IMG/VR virus record: IMGVR_UViG_3300032093_000024
Length of the DNA stretch: 64,000 nt
Direction: 5' to 3' (one strand)
Source: an uncultured virus (IMG/VR IMGVR_UViG_3300032093_000024)
Lineage: Duplodnaviria > Heunggongvirae > Uroviricota > Caudoviricetes
The notes under the pieces are model-generated. The model did not search any database and was not told where the DNA came from. It saw nothing but the letters and a program-made list of their open reading frames with translations. How positions within the stretch are numbered: position 1 is the first letter of the stretch; each line of letters begins with the position of its first letter. The position numbers and the translations under genes are program-made. Below, piece after piece: positions 9,082 through 19,193 of this stretch.

Positions 9082-9759
9082 TTATTTTACTTTTAAACTT
9101 TCCATTTTAGCTCTTATCTTATTAGTAATCATTCCTAGTTGAGATTTATCAACTCCCAAACTATCAACTACTTGAGCAATTAATTGAAGTTTTTGTACAC
9201 TATTTAATTTAGCATCTTTAATTTTTTCAATTGCCAATTTTAATCTTTGATTAACTGATGCGGGGATTATTGCTTTTGGTAATTCGGTTGCTACATCTTC
9301 ATTGGTTTTTTTACTAGCTCTTAAATCGGCTAAATCATCACCTTCAATATCACCATCTTTATCCACATCTAATTTGTGTTGGTTACCCGTTAGGTCTTCG
9401 TTCTTTTCACCTTTATGATTCCATGCAGAATCTATCTTATTAAAAAAGTCTTTCTTCTCATCATCACTCATTTGTGATATTGATTTTCCAGCTTTTTCTA
9501 ATGCTTTTTTAAAGAATTGTTGATATTCGGCTTCTTCAACCATTACTTCTTTTACTAATTCTTTTAATCTTTCTTTTGATATAGTTTCCTTATGCATAGG
9601 TAATCCTTTGTGTTTTGTAGATGCGAAATCTTTGGCATCTTTTTTTGTCATTGAATCTGCGGCTTTTTCAACTTCTTTAGATGGTGCATCCATGTCTCCT
9701 TTCTGTACTGCATGGACCATACCCATAAATCTTTGCTGTGCTTTTGATACTGCCGGCAT
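9082..9759 (-). CDS. Hypothetical modular head protein (DUF3008-like N-terminus, EF-hand-like motif)
   Basis: MPAVSKAQQRFMGMVHA..KDFASTKHKGLP and KLDVDKDGDIEGDDL. Confidence 0.55.
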   Translation of the reverse strand: MPAVSKAQQRFMGMVHAVQKGDMDAPSKEVEKAADSMTKKDAKDFASTKHKGLPMHKETISKERLKELVKEVMVEEAEYQQFFKKALEKAGKSISQMSDDEKKDFFNKIDSAWNHKGEKNEDLTGNQHKLDVDKDGDIEGDDLADLRASKKTNEDVATELPKAIIPASVNQRLKLAIEKIKDAKLNSVQKLQLIAQVVDSLGVDKSQLGMITNKIRAKMESLKVK

Positions 9760-9763
9760 ATTA

Positions 9764-10318
9764 TTATAATTTTCTTAATTTTTCAGTTATTCCCATTAAC
9801 CTTTCTCTGATTTTATATAGAGATGCGTTTGTTCTTTTCCAGTAATCTTCTTTTTTAAGTCCATTTTCAGTCTTAATTTTAGAATACCAATTTACAAACT
9901 TTTCTATTTCAGAAAGTTGTTTATGTATATTTGAAACACCTCTACCAACTTTTGCTTTTGGTGAAGACATTTCTCTTTTTAATTCTAACCATCTATTTTC
10001 TGCTACAATCATCCCACTAATATCTGCTATTTCTGTATCATTAATATCTTTTGTAGAAGTTGGTTTTATAGGCAATCCTTCCTTTCTACTCGCAGGCACA
10101 TCTCCTAAAGCGTAATCTTTTTCGGCTTCACTTACAATAGTACCACCCGTTACACTAGCTAATCTTTTGTTCTTTTTCTTTTCTGAACCAGGTTTTGTAA
10201 ATGCAGCTGGAGTATTATAACCCGCTACATCTCCGGTTACTGTCATTTCATCCAAAGTTTTTTGAATGTTTCTCTCTCTAATGTACTTACGAATAGCTTC
10301 TTTTAATCTTGCTTCCAT
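9764..10318 (-). CDS. Hypothetical prohead core protein
   Basis: Between portal and protease genes; contains LDE-MTVTGDVAGYNTP.AF. Confidence 0.5.
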   Translation of the reverse strand: MEARLKEAIRKYIRERNIQKTLDEMTVTGDVAGYNTPAAFTKPGSEKKKNKRLASVTGGTIVSEAEKDYALGDVPASRKEGLPIKPTSTKDINDTEIADISGMIVAENRWLELKREMSSPKAKVGRGVSNIHKQLSEIEKFVNWYSKIKTENGLKKEDYWKRTNASLYKIRERLMGITEKLRKL

Positions 10319-11187
10319 TATTTTACTTTAGATTTAAGTTCCTTAATTAGCTCATAAGAAAGCATAATAGATGAAACTTGAGAATCAGATACAGTCTTTC
10401 CTATTTTCATTTTTTCTAAAACGGAAATAGTTTCTGATAATTTAATTTGTGTAACTTTATCGGTTAATTTTGATTTAATACCATTTAATTCAGAAATTAT
10501 TTTTGGTAATTCAATACCAACATAATCTTTAAATTTTGTTGTATTAGTAATGTTATTTATATACTCTTTCAACAAGTTCTTTTGAGAATTATTAAGATTT
10601 GTATATTTTTTGTTGAAAGTTTCTACTAGAATCTTATAGGTAAGTAAACGTAAATCTTTGTCTTGTTGTTTATAGGATTCAATCAACTTTTTATCTTCAG
10701 CTGGTTGAATTTGTTGAGCTGGCTTAGAAGTTATATTTTCAATTAGGGTAATTTTAGAATTAAAGATATCTTTAATATCATATCCTTCCGCTCTTTTAGA
10801 TTCAAATACTTTATAAATTGATGCTAGTACTTTGTAGTTAGATATAGGCGACGATAGAAATTGTTCTATTTCAAATTTTGCTGAAATTTCTTTTATAAGG
10901 TTAAATTTTTCTTTAGAAAGTATTGATTGATTTAATTTTGAATGTGCATCACACACAGTCTCTACTAATCTATCTGCTTTTGTTTCTGAATTATACTTTT
11001 CTTTTAATAGTATATCATATAGACGTAATTCTTTGTTTAACTCCGTATTTGGAGCAAAGAATTCTGCCACGATTTTCTTTGCGTTTTCAGATTTATCTCC
11101 ATTAAGAATTTCAAGAGTTATCTGTCTTACTAGAAGCTCAAATAACACTCCAGTATTCTTAAACTTGGAATGTTTAATTTTTTTCAT
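10318..11187 (-). CDS. Hypothetical prohead core protein
   Basis: Helical 289-aa ORF directly downstream of the portal, with its own promoter motif. Confidence 0.5.
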   Translation of the reverse strand: MKKIKHSKFKNTGVLFELLVRQITLEILNGDKSENAKKIVAEFFAPNTELNKELRLYDILLKEKYNSETKADRLVETVCDAHSKLNQSILSKEKFNLIKEISAKFEIEQFLSSPISNYKVLASIYKVFESKRAEGYDIKDIFNSKITLIENITSKPAQQIQPAEDKKLIESYKQQDKDLRLLTYKILVETFNKKYTNLNNSQKNLLKEYINNITNTTKFKDYVGIELPKIISELNGIKSKLTDKVTQIKLSETISVLEKMKIGKTVSDSQVSSIMLSYELIKELKSKVK

Positions 11188-11227
11188 TTACTTACCCTAT
11201 ATTTATTCTACCCTATAAACTAACACA

Positions 11228-11236
11228 TATAAATAT
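11228..11236 (-). promoter_or_regulatory. Putative late promoter motif ATATTTATA
   Basis: Upstream of the ATG at 11187. Confidence 0.65.
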
Positions 11237-11253
11237 AAACAAATTTTTCTTTA

Positions 11254-13029
11254 TTAAATTTTAGTTTCATCTAATAAGTTTTTTTCATCAAGCATATCCG
11301 ATTTTTCATTTAAAACCTTCTTTTTTGATGAAATTCCATTTATATATTCTCGTGCAAGTTTTTTTGCGTTTATGTTTAATGTTCTATCCTCTCTTTTTCT
11401 CTCCTTATGGTTTTCATCATCACCTAATGGGTCTCTACCATACGGATGTTTATCTTTACCATAAGTGTTTCCTTCTCTTGGTCTTCCTACCCCCCTACTT
11501 AATTCAATTTCAGTTTTTAATTTACTGATTTCTTCTTCCACATTTTGTTGTTGTGGTGGGTTTGCTGGGTCTTGTCCTTGTTGTTCAATTGAATTCTGTC
11601 TAAAGCGGTCTTTTAGGTCTAATATTACTTTAGCTCTCTCAATATCTATCTCATCTTGGGATAATCCAAATACATTATGATAAGCCCAATCCGATGATAA
11701 CATATTAAGTGCTTTAACATCGGATGCCAATCTTACTTTTTCGGACCACAAATTAACCTTTTCTTGCTCATAGATTGTAGAAGCATTTGTCAAACTCAAT
11801 TCAAAGTTTGTCATTTCAGAATCCTCAATACCATTTGCTGCTAAGTGAACTACTGCAATTTTTGCCAATTCACTAACAACTGTACGTTGAATTCTTTCAA
11901 TAGTTCTTGCAAAACGAACATCTTCTGCTGCCAACGTAGCTTTACCATTTACGTTTTCATCATAAGATAGATAAGCTTTTGGAACTCTTAAAGCTGCAAA
12001 TAATTTGTTTTTAAGGTAATCAATATCTTCAATTGCTGCATAATCTAAACCAGCTAAGTTATCAATAGTTGTACCACTATCACTACCACGAACTGGTAGG
12101 AAGAAATCTTCAGTAAGATTTTGGATATTGTATTTTAAGTTGTAATCACCAGTATTTTTATCAACAAATGGAGTTTTCTTCATTTTATTGATAATCTTCT
12201 GCATATAGTTATCCACTTCTTGCGGTGGAATGTTACCAATATCTATTTTGAATACTCTCTTTTCAGGTGCTCTCATAATACGATGGATTAACATCGCATC
12301 TTCCATAAGAGATAATTGTTTCCAAATTCTTCTTGCACCCTCAATCATTGACTTACCATAAGGAAGGAAGTTAGTATCTGATAACATTCGGAAGTGAGCC
12401 ATTTCGTACTGCTCATATTCCTTCTTACCAAATCGGTCTAATTCAATTTTATACTTAACGTAATCAGGATTGTTAGGGTCAGTACCCTCTAATCTTTCTA
12501 CGTTATAAGTTGAGTGTGGTGCTACGTTAATGATACCTTTACCAGGCATAATTTCTAATGCCACAAATGCATCACCATATTTTACCAAGTTTCTAATCCA
12601 AGGCCATAAGTTAAACTCCACATTCATTATATCGTAGAATAAGTTGTGAAGCATTTCTCTTACATTCTCATTCGTTGATTTAATTTGAAGAACATCACCA
12701 TATTCGTTCTTCGTTGTGGATTCATCTGCATATATGTCTAATGCCGAACCAATGATTGGGTCCATATCCATAGCATCATAATCTCTAAAAAGTTCTCTAC
12801 GAACTTGATGATACGCCATTGATTGTGCACCCTGATGTGTTTCATAAAAAGACCTTTGTAATTTTGTGTATCTATCTCGTAAATTTACAAAATTTGTACT
12901 AGATTGTCTATCTTCAACATCAATTACTCTACGTTTACCATCTTTATCAACGGTTACGATTGCATTAGTTGAAAATAGTTTTTTAAGTCTCCCAAAGAAA
13001 CTTCTATCGTCTTGGAATTGTTCTGCCAT
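11254..13029 (-). CDS. Portal protein (T4 gp20-like)
   Basis: MEDAMLIHRIMRAPEKRVFKIDIGN, EDFFLPVRG and KLFAALRVP motifs. Confidence 0.95.
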   Translation of the reverse strand: MAEQFQDDRSFFGRLKKLFSTNAIVTVDKDGKRRVIDVEDRQSSTNFVNLRDRYTKLQRSFYETHQGAQSMAYHQVRRELFRDYDAMDMDPIIGSALDIYADESTTKNEYGDVLQIKSTNENVREMLHNLFYDIMNVEFNLWPWIRNLVKYGDAFVALEIMPGKGIINVAPHSTYNVERLEGTDPNNPDYVKYKIELDRFGKKEYEQYEMAHFRMLSDTNFLPYGKSMIEGARRIWKQLSLMEDAMLIHRIMRAPEKRVFKIDIGNIPPQEVDNYMQKIINKMKKTPFVDKNTGDYNLKYNIQNLTEDFFLPVRGSDSGTTIDNLAGLDYAAIEDIDYLKNKLFAALRVPKAYLSYDENVNGKATLAAEDVRFARTIERIQRTVVSELAKIAVVHLAANGIEDSEMTNFELSLTNASTIYEQEKVNLWSEKVRLASDVKALNMLSSDWAYHNVFGLSQDEIDIERAKVILDLKDRFRQNSIEQQGQDPANPPQQQNVEEEISKLKTEIELSRGVGRPREGNTYGKDKHPYGRDPLGDDENHKERKREDRTLNINAKKLAREYINGISSKKKVLNEKSDMLDEKNLLDETKI

Positions 13030-13037
13030 AATCTATT

Positions 13038-13475
13038 TTACCATTTTCTACAAGACCAATATCTTGCTTTTGTTCTTGGACCAGGATTATCACAATTGTG
13101 TCTTGCTCTAAAATTAGCCCTTCTACCAGGATTATTTTTCTTAATCTTTACACCTTTCTGACCGAAGTTTACTTTTATTACCTTACCAGTCTTTGGGTTT
13201 TTTACATATACCTTAAATTTCTTAACATCACCTGCCATTGGTTTGCCCAACTTTACTTCTCTTCCTTGATATTCAGCTTCATAAACACATCCACAATTAG
13301 CTTCTTCCAAAGAACTTTGATAAGATTTAAGATAGTTTATAAAATCATCCATATCTTCTTGCTCTACATCAAGCTCATCGTAATCATCAATTGGGTTATC
13401 AGCCGGAGTATCACCTTTTGAATACGCCTTATCTATGTATTCATCTTCTTTAAGTATTTGCGATAATTTAATCAT
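13038..13475 (-). CDS. Hypothetical head-associated protein; likely start MIKLSQILKE at 13475
   Basis: C-terminal EAEYQGREVKLGKP..KKFKVYV..FRARHNC..YWSCRKW module. A promoter motif at 13505-13512 lies inside the longer ORF call. Confidence 0.6.
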   Translation of the reverse strand: MIKLSQILKEDEYIDKAYSKGDTPADNPIDDYDELDVEQEDMDDFINYLKSYQSSLEEANCGCVYEAEYQGREVKLGKPMAGDVKKFKVYVKNPKTGKVIKVNFGQKGVKIKKNNPGRRANFRARHNCDNPGPRTKARYWSCRKW

Positions 13476-13504
13476 TTTATTCTCTTTTTGATTTTGACAT
13501 ATAT

Positions 13505-13513
13505 CATAAATAT
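13505..13513 (-). promoter_or_regulatory. Putative late promoter motif ATATTTATG
   Basis: Upstream of the ATG at 13475. Confidence 0.55.
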
Positions 13514-13538
13514 CAATTATTACCAAAACACCTCATTT

Positions 13539-15140
13539 TTATAACCATTGCGATAAGTCTTCAAAATCATCTCCTATTCTCATTTTCCAAGGATTATCCA
13601 TTCTATCAGTAGGACTATAAATTCCACTATATTGCTGATTAGAACTTATACCACCCAACGCTCTTTTTGTAAGGTCAATACCTTCCTGTCTTAAACGCAG
13701 CGCGGTATCCCTTACCCACAACCCAATACTGAATGCCATAGTAAGGTCATCGTTATATCCCTTCATTGCTTCTGCTCTACCATTCATAAAAATAAAAGTG
13801 AATAATTCATCAATTAAACGATTAGAACGAATAGTAACCGATTTTTCTCTGAAATATTCATCTAACTTTGATACGATTAATGGTCTTGTCTTTGAAGTGG
13901 TTGAAAATCCTGCTACCATACCTCTTTCATCAGCACGATATTTGTTTCTCATTTGATTTTCAACATCCACATACTTTAAATCCTTACTCATATAGAATAA
14001 GTTTTTATAATCTCTATCTATACATTGTTGGATACACGCCCAACCAATATTTGAATTTTCCACTACTAAAAGAGCATCATTATATTCGGTTGCCAAATTA
14101 ACTAAAAAGTTTCCAAAATCTTTTGTATCAATTTTACCTTTATATTCAGCAACCTGAGTTGCATTCAATATATCTAAAACATGACACGCAGAATAATCTG
14201 CCCCATCACCTCTCGCAACGTCCGCTACAACCATATAAGAACCATTTGCGGCTGGATATTCCCATCTCCAAAGGTTTCCATCAAATCCAGTCTTTTCAAT
14301 TGGGTCTTTACAATAAGTTTCTTTATAGAACATTAATAGTTCAGGCTCAATAACAGTATCACCAGAAGAAACGAAGTCACAATCGCACTCTTGTGCTGCT
14401 TTCTTTTGTCCTAACAATTTTTCTTGCTCATCTCTCCAACTTTGGTCTCTTTCAGGATGCACTGTCCAATGTAAACGAATTGTATTGAAAGGATTAGTTC
14501 CTTCTTCTGCATCTAACCAAGTTTTGTGAAACCAGTTACCCACACCATTAGGAGTAGAAAGTGCAATACACGCACCACCTGTTGAAAGGGTAGATTGTGC
14601 TGATACCCATATTTCATCAATATCCTCAATGAACGCAGCCTCATCAAATATAAGTAAGGAAAGTGCTTCAGAACGTCCTGCATCAGGAGATGATGCAATT
14701 GCTTTGATTTGAGAACCATTATTTAATCTTAATGAAAGTTTGTTATCTTCCATTGAACCACCCTTTAACCAAGATGGAAGGAGGTCATGCATTACCCTTA
14801 CTTTAGTTACCAAGTTTTTAGCAACCTCTTGTTTTGTTGCAATTACCAATATATTAAAATCGGAATTAAACAACATATTCCACAAAGAAAATCCAGCACA
14901 AAGAGTTGAGATACCTGTTTGACGTGATTTAAGAACAATATTAAAACGATTATCTTTAAATCCTGTTAATGTTTTTTCCTGAAATGGAAAAAGGTGAAAA
15001 GGTATCTTACCTCTCACCGGGTGCTGAATCATACAATATTTTTTCATAAAGTGTATAGGGTCAGTTGCACACTTTTTGTATTCTTCTGCTATAATCTCTT
15101 TTAAAGATTTTTTTTGTGTTATTCCTAAATTCTGAGTCAT
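13539..15140 (-). CDS. Terminase large subunit
   Basis: KSRQTGIST (Walker A region), LLIFDEAAF (Walker B), STPNG, nuclease ADVARGDG.DYS and NDDL. Confidence 0.96.
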   Translation of the reverse strand: MTQNLGITQKKSLKEIIAEEYKKCATDPIHFMKKYCMIQHPVRGKIPFHLFPFQEKTLTGFKDNRFNIVLKSRQTGISTLCAGFSLWNMLFNSDFNILVIATKQEVAKNLVTKVRVMHDLLPSWLKGGSMEDNKLSLRLNNGSQIKAIASSPDAGRSEALSLLIFDEAAFIEDIDEIWVSAQSTLSTGGACIALSTPNGVGNWFHKTWLDAEEGTNPFNTIRLHWTVHPERDQSWRDEQEKLLGQKKAAQECDCDFVSSGDTVIEPELLMFYKETYCKDPIEKTGFDGNLWRWEYPAANGSYMVVADVARGDGADYSACHVLDILNATQVAEYKGKIDTKDFGNFLVNLATEYNDALLVVENSNIGWACIQQCIDRDYKNLFYMSKDLKYVDVENQMRNKYRADERGMVAGFSTTSKTRPLIVSKLDEYFREKSVTIRSNRLIDELFTFIFMNGRAEAMKGYNDDLTMAFSIGLWVRDTALRLRQEGIDLTKRALGGISSNQQYSGIYSPTDRMDNPWKMRIGDDFEDLSQWL

Positions 15141-15832
15141 TAATCAGTTGGTGGTTTTACTAAATCGTAATTTTTATCTTTTAGTTTTTCCCATGCTTCA
15201 TTTCTTTTTTGATAAGCTATTTTTAATTCTTCTTCAAAAGTATTAATATCCGCCTTAATCTCATTTCTCATTTCATCAGCATCTCTTTCCATTTTCCACT
15301 TTTCAATTTTACCGTCTTCATTTACAATTTCATATTCTTGTTTTACATCTTTAAGAGCTTGTTTAAATTGAGCTATTACTTCTTTACCATATGAAATCAT
15401 ATTTTGAAAGGTTCTAAAATCAGTATATTCCTTCCACAATGAATCTTGCTTAATTTGTAGTTCTTTTTTAGCTAAACATTTTGCACAATAACCGGTTTTA
15501 CTAATTAATTTTTTATCTGCATTACTAATTTTTATAGTATTGCAATCACTAGCCGAACACGTATTTAATTTAGATAAATAATCTCTAACTTCGGACATTG
15601 TATCCGATAATTCATTAATTCTTACTTTTCCAAACTCTTTTTGTTCCCAAATTTTACCATCGGAATCGGTCCATTTCTCTCCTATTTCTTTTTTACGATT
15701 TTTTTCTGCTGATTTTTCCGCATCAGTAAAGGATATTTGTGTATTTTTTTCATACTCTCCTCCAGTTAAAACCATATTTGCCAACTTTCTACGCGTTGGA
15801 TGCATGTATTTTTTTTGAAATTCCTTTGACAT
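15140..15832 (-). CDS. Hypothetical protein with a possible Zn-binding Cys cluster
   Basis: CSASDC..CAKC; translationally coupled to the terminase gene. Confidence 0.5.
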   Translation of the reverse strand: MSKEFQKKYMHPTRRKLANMVLTGGEYEKNTQISFTDAEKSAEKNRKKEIGEKWTDSDGKIWEQKEFGKVRINELSDTMSEVRDYLSKLNTCSASDCNTIKISNADKKLISKTGYCAKCLAKKELQIKQDSLWKEYTDFRTFQNMISYGKEVIAQFKQALKDVKQEYEIVNEDGKIEKWKMERDADEMRNEIKADINTFEEELKIAYQKRNEAWEKLKDKNYDLVKPPTD

Positions 15833-15853
15833 ATTATTTATGATTATTCTAAT

Positions 15854-15862
15854 AATAAGTAT
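15854..15862 (-). promoter_or_regulatory. Putative late promoter variant ATACTTATT
   Basis: Upstream of the ATG at 15832 (terminase operon). Confidence 0.5.
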
Positions 15863-15883
15863 ATCAAAATAAAAAAATTAAAA

Positions 15884-18700
15884 TTAACGAGAATATTTAA
15901 AAATACCTAATATTTGATTGAGAGGTGCAAATGCACCTGTAAGTTTGTATGTATTTCCCCCATAAACGAATACAATACCTTCGTTTGGTACAATTTTATC
16001 AAATCCACCTAAAGCGTTTAAACGGCTTAGTTCTATTTTTAGCTTTTCAATTTTCTTTGGGTCACCACTTGCTTTTATTTGTTTAATAGCGTTTCCTAAT
16101 TCTTTTCTCAATTGTTTAGTTGCATCTGATGGATTTGCTGTTAATACCGATTCCATAAATGATAATACATCCGCTCCCACTCCTAAAAATATTTCTTCAA
16201 ATTTCATAAGATTATCTTTCATAATCTTTTGTTGGTCTTGTTTTTCTATTTTATCAGCCCAAGCTCTTATTTTATCATCCTGTATTTGATTTATACGCAT
16301 TGATTTATCACCAAACGCCCATCTCTTAACCAATCCTATTTTTGAACCAATATCTAACTTTTTTGCATTCTTTTCTACAAAATTAGTCCACCAAGCTTGA
16401 TGGTAATCCGCAACTCCATCGGAATCTGCTAATCCAAACTCTTTTTGAAGTCTATTAATCATTGATATGTATTTACCTTGTAGTTTAGAAAGTTCTTGTG
16501 ATTTAGGTAAAGATTGCATTGGAGGTCCTTGAATTGTATATGTATCCTGAACATCTTTATTAACCTGCTTAATCATTCCAGCTAATATTTTTGCAGCTTC
16601 CTGATTCTCACCAATTACCTCACCTTCTTTATCATATTCAAAAGTACCATGAAACACTAACAGCGGTTGACCATATGGAATTACATTAGAGTTTTGAGGA
16701 TATATTACTTCTAAATTCATAAAACATTTACCATCCTTAAAAATCTTCTTTCTTTGTGGTTCGGATAATGCAGCTATTGCTTTTGAAAGGTCATTCATTG
16801 CAAATGTATAAGCATCGGTTAAAGCACCTCTACCAGCAAATTGTTTTGCAACTTGACCAATAGTCATAGCACCTTCACCCTGATTTTTTGTATGTGATTT
16901 GTTTCTTGCCGCAACTAATCTACCATTTACCCAACTAATTGCCAACGCCTGTCCATCGGTTTTTTCTCTTGCCAAATCCAAATCACCATTTAATGCTCTT
17001 ACTACAATTTGTTTAAGGTCACCAAATGTAAGATTCATCTGAATATCAAACGGGTGATTCATATGACCATATGCTCCACCTTCTAAAAGTAAACCCTCAC
17101 TTAATGGGGTTTCAATTTTGGAAAGTTTACTATAATAATTTGGGTCTTCGTACAAATGGTCTAATGCAATTTCTTTAGCAACTTCTATATCAGTTGTATG
17201 TTCTCTTTCAACAGCATATCCTTTTATAAATTCGTTCTTTAAAGTTTGTGGACTTATCTTATGATGTTTAGCTATATCTGATAATGTCATACCTTTTGCC
17301 AATCCACCAGGTATTTTATCTTCTTTTACTTTAGTATATTCTTCGCTACCATCTTTATCCAATTTAGATTTTAATTTCTTAACATCTTTTGGATTCGGTG
17401 CACCATTGATATATCCACCAGGTAAACTTAAACCAACTCCCGCTCCTCCTGGTAATCCCATCTCACCCATAATCTCATCAACTATTTGATTGATTTCATC
17501 CTCTGATATTAATCCCTCTTTTACAACCTTTATATTTGCTTTACCATCCATTTCGGCCTGTTTTCTTTGTTCTTTTTCTTTTGTGGTCAATGCTTCTTCC
17601 CAACCCAAATCTTTTACTGCTTTTAAGGCATCACCTAACCAGTTTGTGTACGCACGTTTTGCTGTAAATTTCCCAATAGAATCGGTATTTTTAGGTTCTT
17701 GCATAATTGGAAAATTAGTAACCTGATTTCTCGGGTCCATCTCTTTATAGTTTACTAATTCTTTTTCTTTTTTTAATTCGTCAGGTCTATCAACCACATC
17801 ATATCCAATTTTTTTACCTCTTGTTTTAGCCTGATTGTGGTATTGTTTCCAAGATGATGCAAAAGGACCTGTACCATCGTCTGTTTCTATTCTTTCTACG
17901 CCGTTTGCAAATTGAACCGAAATTTCTTTTAGTTGCTCTTTTTTAGGAATTCTAAATGTTACTGCTTTTTTACCATTAATTGTTGGCATTCCATATTCAT
18001 CTTTACTTATAGATTTAACAACTACTTTTTTGTTTTTAAACCTACCCATAAGAATCGTATCACCAACTTTAACGTTAAGTTTAATTTCTTCGTTTATATA
18101 TTCTTTCAGAGATTTTAGTTTCAGAGTAATCATTTTGAATATCTGCTCATCAAACTTTGGGTATGCTTTTAAGAACCCTTTCTTTCTATCTGCAACGCTT
18201 CCTGCACTTAACCAATAACGAACATCAGTACCACTAATTGGATTTGATTGAGCTGGTGCAATATAAACATATCCTCTATCTAAATAACCAGTATCTACTT
18301 TACCCTTATATGGTTTAAAATATTTACCACTTAAACGTGATGAATCCTTTTCACCCACCGCAGTCACAAAGGCTGTGGTATCTGAATCAAATTTGTTTAA
18401 TATTTCTTCTGGAGCGTATGGGTTTTTTATACTTACTATTTTGTTTGATGGAATACCAAACATTTTTTGCATTATAGCCTTTTTCTCTCTAAACCCAAAA
18501 GGAGATTTTTTTGAATCGGTAACATCAGAAGTTCCAATGTACACGCTATCTTTTCCGAACTTCTTAACTAAATGTTCGTATGTGGCAAAGTGCCCTTTGT
18601 GAAATGGTTGAAAGCGGCCTGAATAGACAACAACCACTTTGTCTATCTCAGCCGCTTCTCCCAATATTGTTTCTACTAAAAATTTTGCTAATCCCTTCAT
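15884..18700 (-). CDS. Multidomain protein: HxGH nucleotidyltransferase, small beta domain, DUF5661-like module and C-terminal ligase-like (DUF6267-like) domain
   Basis: GRFQPFHKGH and ISGT; DKIPGGLA..EREHT..EIALDHL.EDP.YY; GGAYGHMNHP..EKTDG..EGIV..YKLTG. Confidence 0.7.
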   Translation of the reverse strand: MKGLAKFLVETILGEAAEIDKVVVVYSGRFQPFHKGHFATYEHLVKKFGKDSVYIGTSDVTDSKKSPFGFREKKAIMQKMFGIPSNKIVSIKNPYAPEEILNKFDSDTTAFVTAVGEKDSSRLSGKYFKPYKGKVDTGYLDRGYVYIAPAQSNPISGTDVRYWLSAGSVADRKKGFLKAYPKFDEQIFKMITLKLKSLKEYINEEIKLNVKVGDTILMGRFKNKKVVVKSISKDEYGMPTINGKKAVTFRIPKKEQLKEISVQFANGVERIETDDGTGPFASSWKQYHNQAKTRGKKIGYDVVDRPDELKKEKELVNYKEMDPRNQVTNFPIMQEPKNTDSIGKFTAKRAYTNWLGDALKAVKDLGWEEALTTKEKEQRKQAEMDGKANIKVVKEGLISEDEINQIVDEIMGEMGLPGGAGVGLSLPGGYINGAPNPKDVKKLKSKLDKDGSEEYTKVKEDKIPGGLAKGMTLSDIAKHHKISPQTLKNEFIKGYAVEREHTTDIEVAKEIALDHLYEDPNYYSKLSKIETPLSEGLLLEGGAYGHMNHPFDIQMNLTFGDLKQIVVRALNGDLDLAREKTDGQALAISWVNGRLVAARNKSHTKNQGEGAMTIGQVAKQFAGRGALTDAYTFAMNDLSKAIAALSEPQRKKIFKDGKCFMNLEVIYPQNSNVIPYGQPLLVFHGTFEYDKEGEVIGENQEAAKILAGMIKQVNKDVQDTYTIQGPPMQSLPKSQELSKLQGKYISMINRLQKEFGLADSDGVADYHQAWWTNFVEKNAKKLDIGSKIGLVKRWAFGDKSMRINQIQDDKIRAWADKIEKQDQQKIMKDNLMKFEEIFLGVGADVLSFMESVLTANPSDATKQLRKELGNAIKQIKASGDPKKIEKLKIELSRLNALGGFDKIVPNEGIVFVYGGNTYKLTGAFAPLNQILGIFKYSR

Positions 18701-18715
18701 ATAGTTACTATACTA

Positions 18716-18724
18716 TATAAATAT
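18716..18724 (-). promoter_or_regulatory. Putative late promoter motif ATATTTATA
   Basis: Upstream of the ATG at 18700. Confidence 0.65.
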
Positions 18725-18730
18725 TTGGGA

Positions 18731-19150
18731 TTACTCTTTTACAACTTTCAATCCACTAGAACCATCTGGCATAGTTTGTTGAGATTGTTGAGATTGTTGT
18801 CTTTGCATCTCAGCCAATTGTTTTCTAGTTGGTGCGCCAGGTTGGTACTGAATAGTTCCATCTTGAATATTGATTCTACCTTGTGGATATTTTTCATCCA
18901 ATCCATCAATAATTTCTCTTAATTGAGAATTTAGTGCTTTAAATTCATCTTCACCCTTTTCTAAAAAGTCATCCATTCTGATGATTTCTTCATTGATTTC
19001 TTTCTTACGAATGTGAATTTGTCCAAACTCTACAATCAAACTTTGAATTTTTTGATTATAATCGTTAATAGAATTTAGAATATCTGCATCTATTTTTGCA
19101 GTTTCTATCGTAATTTGTTGTTGTTGTGGTACATTATCTAAACCTGCCAT
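18731..19150 (-). CDS. Hypothetical coiled-coil protein, paralog of 23692..23949
   Basis: Shares EFGQI..R and KYPQGRINIQDGTI with its paralog. Confidence 0.6.
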   Translation of the reverse strand: MAGLDNVPQQQQITIETAKIDADILNSINDYNQKIQSLIVEFGQIHIRKKEINEEIIRMDDFLEKGEDEFKALNSQLREIIDGLDEKYPQGRINIQDGTIQYQPGAPTRKQLAEMQRQQSQQSQQTMPDGSSGLKVVKE

Positions 19151-19175
19151 AAATTATTGTTTTATTATTTGTATA

Positions 19176-19184
19176 TATAACTAT
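19176..19184 (-). promoter_or_regulatory. Putative late promoter variant ATAGTTATA
   Basis: Upstream of the ATG at 19150. Confidence 0.5.
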
Positions 19185-19193
19185 ATTGTTTTT

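Noticed and set aside
13539..15140. Intein or intron in terminase, portal, capsid or primase genes
   Set aside because: Lengths and motif spacing are normal, with no intein termini or frame breaks.
15140..15832. Gene upstream of the large terminase as the small terminase
   Set aside because: Position fits, but I recognise no TerS features, so it is left hypothetical.
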